Of a stretch of 64,000 bases of DNA, positions 1 to 64,000 are shown one piece after another. Made by a program: the position numbers and the translations under genes. How positions within the stretch are numbered: position 1 is the stretch's first letter; each line of letters starts with the position of its first letter. This DNA is from Callorhinchus milii (Eukaryota). A model generated the notes under the pieces. It saw only the letters and a program-made list of their open reading frames with translations, searched no databases and was not told the DNA's origin. The stretch is taken from NCBI RefSeq assembly GCF_018977255.1, contig NW_024704743.1, forward strand, positions 113,028,001-113,092,000, written 5' to 3'.

Positions 1-465
1 CATCCCAAGGCGTTGGAGAGCTGTAGGTCAGCCTGAGTTTATACCATATTGAGATTAAGTTTTCACTATTTATCCTGTCAAAACCTTTCAGTATTTTCAA
101 GATATCTTTAGGTTTTCCCTCTTAACCTTTGCTGTTTCATTCTAAAAACTTTTCTCCTAACTTGATCACAAATATTTGCCTTATCAACCTTGGGATAGTT
201 AAATTATCCCATTATTACAGCCTTATTATTGTCAGTTGCCTGCTAATCCCATCCTTTCTTTCTCAAGATTTCAGTCATTCAGAATATATGCAGATCTTTT
301 ATTTATTAACTGAAACCAGACTCCCATTTGAACACTACCTTCCAAATATTTTTCCATTCCTGCCTTAATTACACTGCTAAGTGTCAGTGCAGCTAAATTA
401 TACAAGTCTTCTCAGAATTTGTGCTCAATGAACTGATTAATTTATACTCGTTTTTGTTTATGCAG

Positions 466-599
466 CATTTGCCTACCACGACTCCATCAATGGGGCACCA
501 TATGCATTCATACATAGACTGAGGGAAATATCTGGCTTAGAAGCAGATACTATACGTCAAGAAAAGTTACAAAAACTGAAGAAAAGACCAGAAAACTGA
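466..599 (+). CDS. Terminal coding exon of a convergent gene, C8orf89-like (xFAYHDSINGAPYAFIHRLREISGLEADTIRQEKLQKLKKRPEN*)
   Basis: Polypyrimidine acceptor tttttgtttatgcag ending at 465, phase-1 open frame to TGA at 597-599, AATAAA at 794. The motif D---GAP--(F/Y)--RL--I--LE-DTIRQE--K-KK resembles the C8orf89 C-terminus as I recall it. Too short for the ORF track. Confidence 0.6.
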
Positions 600-793
600 A
601 GATATTTAAATTGTCGAACTATCTGTTAAATGTTTTGACGTTTGAAAAAAATTGTTGAACGTGTATCGTATGTGGGATTGGTTCAACCCAAAAAATATAA
701 CTACGTTTGCCAAACTAAGCTGTTTGGTCAGGATTTCATATTACCCTGCACCTTACAAAAATATTAAATGTATATTGATGTATACAGAAGTGC

Positions 794-799
794 AATAAA
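794..799 (+). terminator. Candidate polyadenylation signal (AATAAA) of the plus-strand gene
   Basis: AATAAA about 195 nt after the stop at 599 in an AT-rich UTR-like tract. Confidence 0.4.
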
Positions 800-2471
800 G
801 TGTCAAAAGTCTTCATTGGAATGCATTTAAGAACTGAAAATTACACTCTGGTTTCTCAATGTTGATATTGCTTCTGTGCCAGTAAACTTTAAATTGGAAA
901 ATTCTGCAGTTCCCCAAATCCTCAGAATATTCGAGTTTAAAAGGAAGATAGGAAATTATAGAGGAACAGTAGGAGGGATGCAACAATCCTATCTATGTTC
1001 ATAGTATCTGAAAGGCTAAATTTATGCAATTTATTAGATAATAAATTGGGAAGACAGATTAGAGAACTGGGAAATTACAAAAGATGTTTTGTTACCTTTC
1101 ACAGATTAACACTGTGGTCAAATTCCAGATCCATTCATTTTGCCTGGCCTCAGAAATCTTTCACACAAGTAAATGTCAGTATATTTTATGAAGAAACCAA
1201 ATTAAATGACTTGGTACCTGGGCCTGGTGGGTACACACAAAAACCTCAGATGTCAGAGAGGAAATAGGACAGTATTTACCTAATATTTTAGTTACTACAT
1301 AAACTCTGAAGGGGTGCTGGAGGATAGAATATATCATGACAATCAAAATAATAGAATATTTTAGAGCAGTTAGCTCAAAATTCAGTGGGAAAATGTTTCA
1401 GAGCAGGATATAGGATGTTATTAGGGCTCATCCTCAGGATGTGAGCCTGTTATTGCTGATATGCAGAAACAAGTACAAATTGTTGGCAGGTCTCCATTAA
1501 TGGAGGAATTGTCTGATAGTTTCCCTCCAGGCATTTCATCCTTCCAAAACTAAATTCATCTGTTGAACTGGAGAAAGGCAAGTATGGCTTAGTAATCTTT
1601 TTGAAAACCATTACGGAGAAACTTGCAGCATTATTCAGTTGGGAAGGTACATCAAAAACAGTTAAGGCCAGGCAAAACAATGCATAGCAGTATGGGAAGA
1701 GAATAGTGCAAATAAGTTTTGCTGACAAAAAACATGGAGGTAATTTAATTTTGTTTTAAAATTGATTTACAGCATAACTAATTGGTATCTAAATCTCTGA
1801 AGCAGTCTTAGTGATTGCACTAATATCAGTTCAATACATACATGCATTTAAAAGCAGATCAAATATTGTAACAATGCCTTCCCTTTACTGTAACAATGAT
1901 CTATAGATAAAACCATTGGGAATCTGAACGCTCAGGCTTGAAAATTTGCAAGATTTAATGCAGATATGTCGGAAATGCCACAATACAACAGTTGCTGAAC
2001 AGCCCAAAAGTTATCTGTCAACCTAACTGGTTCCACACATCTCTGCTGATATTTTTTCTAATTTGGGGAACACTTGGAAAAAATAGTTATAGATAGGTTC
2101 GCTGTTTTATATTGTCTGGAAAATGATTAGTGAAATAATTCAAGCTCTGTTTTGCCAAGCTTACCTATGTATGTACCTCAGCAGCCACCGCAAGCAGAAG
2201 ACAGGTGCAGAAATGTGTCAATAATCAGATATTCCATTGAACTCTGGAATTGGGCACTATTATTTTCAAATGGCCATATTTACAGTGCTGACATTCCTAT
2301 TATTTTTGCTCCAAACTGCATATCTTTGGTTTGCTTTTGTACAACAGATCCTTTGTTTTAGGCACAATTAAGAATGACACACTGCAAGATATAGTACAAT
2401 AAAAATCAATTGATTCACTTATGTAGTATGTTTCTTTATGTGCTTCTGGATTTCCCTTTTAAGTATTGTAC

Positions 2472-2793
2472 GTGGTGTCCTGTAGCTCAGTGGTTAGGGC
2501 ACTCGCTTTGCAAGTGAGAGACCTGAGTTCAATTCCAGGCAGAGGGCGAAACCTTGGGCAAGTTTCCTTACTGCACACGCCTAATAATAATCCCTCCAAA
2601 ACCAAAAACAATAATAAATTGGTCATTTTCAATCTACGACTGTTTGTGGGACATTGCTGTGCGCAACTGCTGCCGCGTTCGCCCACAAATATACAGTCAA
2701 TTCACTTTACAGTGTGTTCTGTGAAGCGCTTTGGGACGTCCTCCCGACGTGAAAAGCGCTATATCAAATGCAAGGATTATTATTATTATTATT
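2472..2793 (+). mobile_element. Near full-length tRNA-derived SINE (Deu-type core, L2-like 3' tail, (ATT)n end)
   Basis: A-box TAGCTCAGTGG (2483), tRNA-Ala-like anticodon arm ctcgc-tttgcaa-gtgag, B-box GAGTTCAATTCC (2525), core ctgtttgtgggacattgctgtgcgcaactgctgccgcgtt, tail gcgctttgggacgtcctcccgacgtgaaaagcgctatatcaaatgcaag followed by (att)n. Confidence 0.85.
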
Positions 2794-5227
2794 ACATTTT
2801 GTCTCAAAGGTTGGACAAGAAGCAATTACATTTTTTTCACTTACCAGTTTAGTCAGGATTACCATCTCTGCTCGTTGTGGCCTTTCCAAAGTGTTTTGAA
2901 AAAAGTTTGATTGAAATGTTCACAGAGTGGGAAGCAGGATATTAGTTATAAATTGTACACCCTTTAATTTTTTTTAAACCTTATTTAGAAATTTTACAGG
3001 TGTTACTGTATTCCGAACATAAATGACAATATACAATTTCCAGACATGTGAAGAGAACAAAATTATGTAAAGTATAAAAAAAAGACCACTCCAAAAAACA
3101 GCTCCATATTGCAAGGTGGCAATTCCATGGCACAGCCTGGAAACACTGACACAAGTGAATATCAATTCCTTGCTCAGACTTGGGAAAGTATTTGAGTAGC
3201 AATTGCTTCAATTTACCAGAGATATTACTTTGATTAGTTTATACATTTCAGAAGAACAAATTCTGCGCTAGTTTTTATCATGTTAAATGAAGCACAGTAC
3301 TTACCCATATATTTCGCTGTGAAGGCAGTATTTTATAATGTGAAGTAATAGAATAATCTGGGATCTAACGTACTGAATACTCTAATCACCTCTGTATAAT
3401 CATGGCTACAGGGAGTGATACAAAATCTGAATACGATTGCTTTACAAATAACTTGGCAAGGGACTCCAAATACACAAGCCACCAACTGATACAAAAACTT
3501 CAACTGTTCATAATCTCAACTAAATGAGCACAATACCAACATCTAGCCCTGCTCTCCAAAGAAAGTGATGTATGCAAAATGATCATACACACATCAAGTG
3601 CAAAACATTAGCTGGAAAAACCCTTTCTAAATGTCCCAAATTGGACTACTTTAAAGAACAATTTTGAAAACATGCTGTACCAAGTCTGAATTAGCACTAT
3701 TGTTTCTTGATGTCATTTTCCAGAATACTGAAACAGAGTTGAAACTGAATAGGATGTGTAAAAAGGCCCTATCCAGTGAATCTAGGACAGGGTAATATTT
3801 CTCCTATGCTGCTTCTCAAGCACATTTGGAAAAATTATTGAAATGAATTACAAAATTAGGTTTAATTTCTGGGATGCCCATACGCCCTTGCTGTAGCATT
3901 ACCTGAACATACCAGTGACTCTGGCCTTTTGCCCTTCAAGGTTAAAATGTCCTTTAATAACCTACAGGTACATTTCTGGGGCGAGAATACCAAAACATAT
4001 GATTATGGTATACTTTCTACTCATTCTCTCATTCACAAAGAAGCTGGTCTTGTACTGTTTATTATAATTTCTATGAAGCTATGTAGTATCTGTTCAGGTA
4101 GAGTGGGAAACAAATAGGCAGTGACATTCCAGTAGAGCCTTGGGAGGCCACCCCAATCCCAATGATTCCTCACAAAACACAACCAGTATATCTGTAGAAA
4201 GGTCAACTCAAACTGCACTGTGAGAGTCCACAAATACCCATTAAAGGGGTGCAGTGAAGTAAGAACCATCTCATATTTTCTAACCTTGCTCCTGGTTCAG
4301 TCATATGGGCAACTACGGCAGCAAGAGTTAATACATTCCACATATTTCAATTACACCCAACTAACTTCATTGCCTACTGGCCTCCTTTACCGTAATCCTT
4401 GAGATTTGCTTAATTTCCTGTTCAGTAGACATTAAGTGGCAGACAATATCTATTTAAATGAAAACATGTACAAAGTTTGCCTCTAATAATTTCCATACAT
4501 TTTTATAAATCTGCCCAATTTTCTAAACTGTTGCCACTATTTTATTGCATTCAAGAGAAATAGTAAAGTCAATCTAATTCCAGTTTTCTGTTCTCAGTTT
4601 CATTAACAAAAATAATTAATATATTCCTTGTCTAAATGCAAATTGATTGACCTTTTGCCATCCAACAAACACTCATAAATTCTCGTTGTTACGCCTTTTA
4701 CAGAAACTGTACTGTGGTAAAAAGAGGAGCTTAGGGCAAACCTTGTTCAGATCCAAATGAACAATAACAACTGTCTCTCATTTGTTTCTTACAGCTGGTA
4801 ATGCGAAAGTGGCAAGCAATCATTTCTCAACTTTAAGTTGAGAAACTGATTTATTAATGTTGTTTGGCTGTAAATATAAATGTGTAACTAAATTTATTCA
4901 TTCAACCACATGCCTTCACACATTAAGAGACTCTGTGAATAAAGAGAGCTTTATCATTTTAATCAAAAATTTAAAAAGCACAAGAAAGGCATCAACAGAC
5001 AATACTATATATTATAGTGGGAAATTTAATCTGCTACTTTCACAAAACGCACCAACTGAAATCTCCACAAATGGATTTGGATTTTGTGAACAACTATAAG
5101 TGTGTTGTTTTTAAAATAAAATTCTCAAATCCACTGAATACTGTTTTTTCTGTAATTCCCTTGCTAGTATTTCCCACTATACAGTACTAAAAACATGCAA
5201 CATTTAAGTATTGTGCGATATAAACAA

Positions 5228-62812
<57,585 letters not shown>

Positions 62813-62994
62813 CTGAAACAAAGTGAGACAAGAATTTACACCTCCTCACAACCTTAGATGCCGACATCTGACAAGTAAATTAAAACATCAAAAACAAAGG
62901 AGTACAAAGAATTACGTATGACAAAATGCAAACAATGATAAGAGATACTCAAATAGCAAATTACACCACATGTACACACAAGCAGTTTAATTAG

Positions 62995-63410
62995 AACAAC
63001 AACAACAAGATTACATTTGTATATGCCTTTCACGTCGGGAGGACTTCCCAAGCCGCTGATTAGAAATCTGGGATTTGCACACAGTAATGTCCTACAAACA
63101 GTTATGAAGTAATCAATCAATTTTATTCGGGGATTGTTGGCCAGGACACCAGGAGAAACTCCCTACTCTTTTCAGTAGTGCACTGGGATCTTTAATATCC
63201 ACCTGAATAGGTCGACAGGGCTTCAGTTCAATATCTCATCAGAAGGATGGCGCATCCAACAATACAGCACACCCCCAGCACTACACTGCACTTTATTGTC
63301 AGCACAGACTATATGACACTGAGTTTGAATACATAAGCTTCTGACTCAGAAGTGAAAATGCTACCAATTGAGCCAGGCTGACACGCACCAACTGAACCAG
63401 GCTGACACGT
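62995..63410 (-). mobile_element. Deu-type SINE (tRNA head, Deu core, L2-like tail), degenerate
   Basis: Minus strand gtcagcctggctcaattggtagc...gagtcagaag..., gatgagatattgaactgaagccc, aaagatcccagtgcac...tctcctggtgtcctggccaac; tail cccgacgtgaaaggcatatac...ttgttgtt. Confidence 0.65.
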
Positions 63411-64000
63411 TTCCCTGAATGTTCCAGCGAAACACATCAATGGAGCCGAATTCCATCGGGATTTCCTCTATTAATATAGCATTTCAGAGCACCTAGAATT
63501 CTTAAATAGGCTTTAATTTTAAAGCCAGTCATCTGTAAATTCTTTTAAAATCTACAGAAAAAAGGCTTCAACAAATTCAACAAATTGCTAAATGCTACAC
63601 ATTCTGAAATGCTACATTAGCTCCAGGTATCTTATTATTCTGTTGAATAACTGATCAGAAACAGTCTGGGAGAAAACACATTGTGTTGACCCAGAGCCCA
63701 TCTTCCCCCCTCCTTCCCAAGTCAAGTTCCGCTGAGACTGCACATTGAACTCACAAAGACAGATCAGTAAAATGGTGCTGCATAACGAAGTGGTACTATC
63801 AAGGTTGTCAGTAGGAGGAACTCAGTACAGGCCAGGCACTTCACTGAATTGCTCGAGAGGAAGGGAAAAAGAACCTGGGGAGCATCACCTGCTCGTGTGC
63901 ATCTGACAGCAACCACTGCAGATTGAATTGTCAGAGAATGGAAAATGGAATATCTGGCAAATATCTGGGAGAAAGATGCTCATAAATACAGTAAATTTTA

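Noticed and set aside
2472..2545. Possible tRNA-Ala gene
   Set aside because: The acceptor stem is imperfect and the sequence runs straight into a SINE core and tail, so it is a SINE head.

Overview
This is vertebrate genomic DNA. The repeat content (L2 and CR1 LINE 3' ends, tRNA-headed Deu-type SINEs) points to a cartilaginous fish, which is an inference. Most of the window is the 3' part of a multi-exon, minus-strand ABCC transporter gene of the sulfonylurea-receptor (SUR, ABCC8/ABCC9-like) type. It runs from the end of TMD1 (62812) through NBD1, TMD2 and NBD2 to a stop at 5228, and I traced the exons by GT-AG boundaries and phase. The protein has SUR hallmarks but is quite divergent. It has different intron positions, no RKR motif in the TMD1-NBD1 linker as far as traced, and no downstream Kir6 gene, so it may be a third SUR-like lineage. 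About 19.2 kb (11943-31130) is repeated in tandem (31232-50430) across a 30-N gap with reciprocal small indels, most likely an uncollapsed assembly overlap. A convergent plus-strand terminal exon resembling C8orf89 lies at 466-599. The introns hold L2, CR1 and other LINE fragments, SINEs sharing the L2 tail, two hAT-like elements enclosing microsatellites, and a templated insertion of neighbouring intron DNA into an L2.
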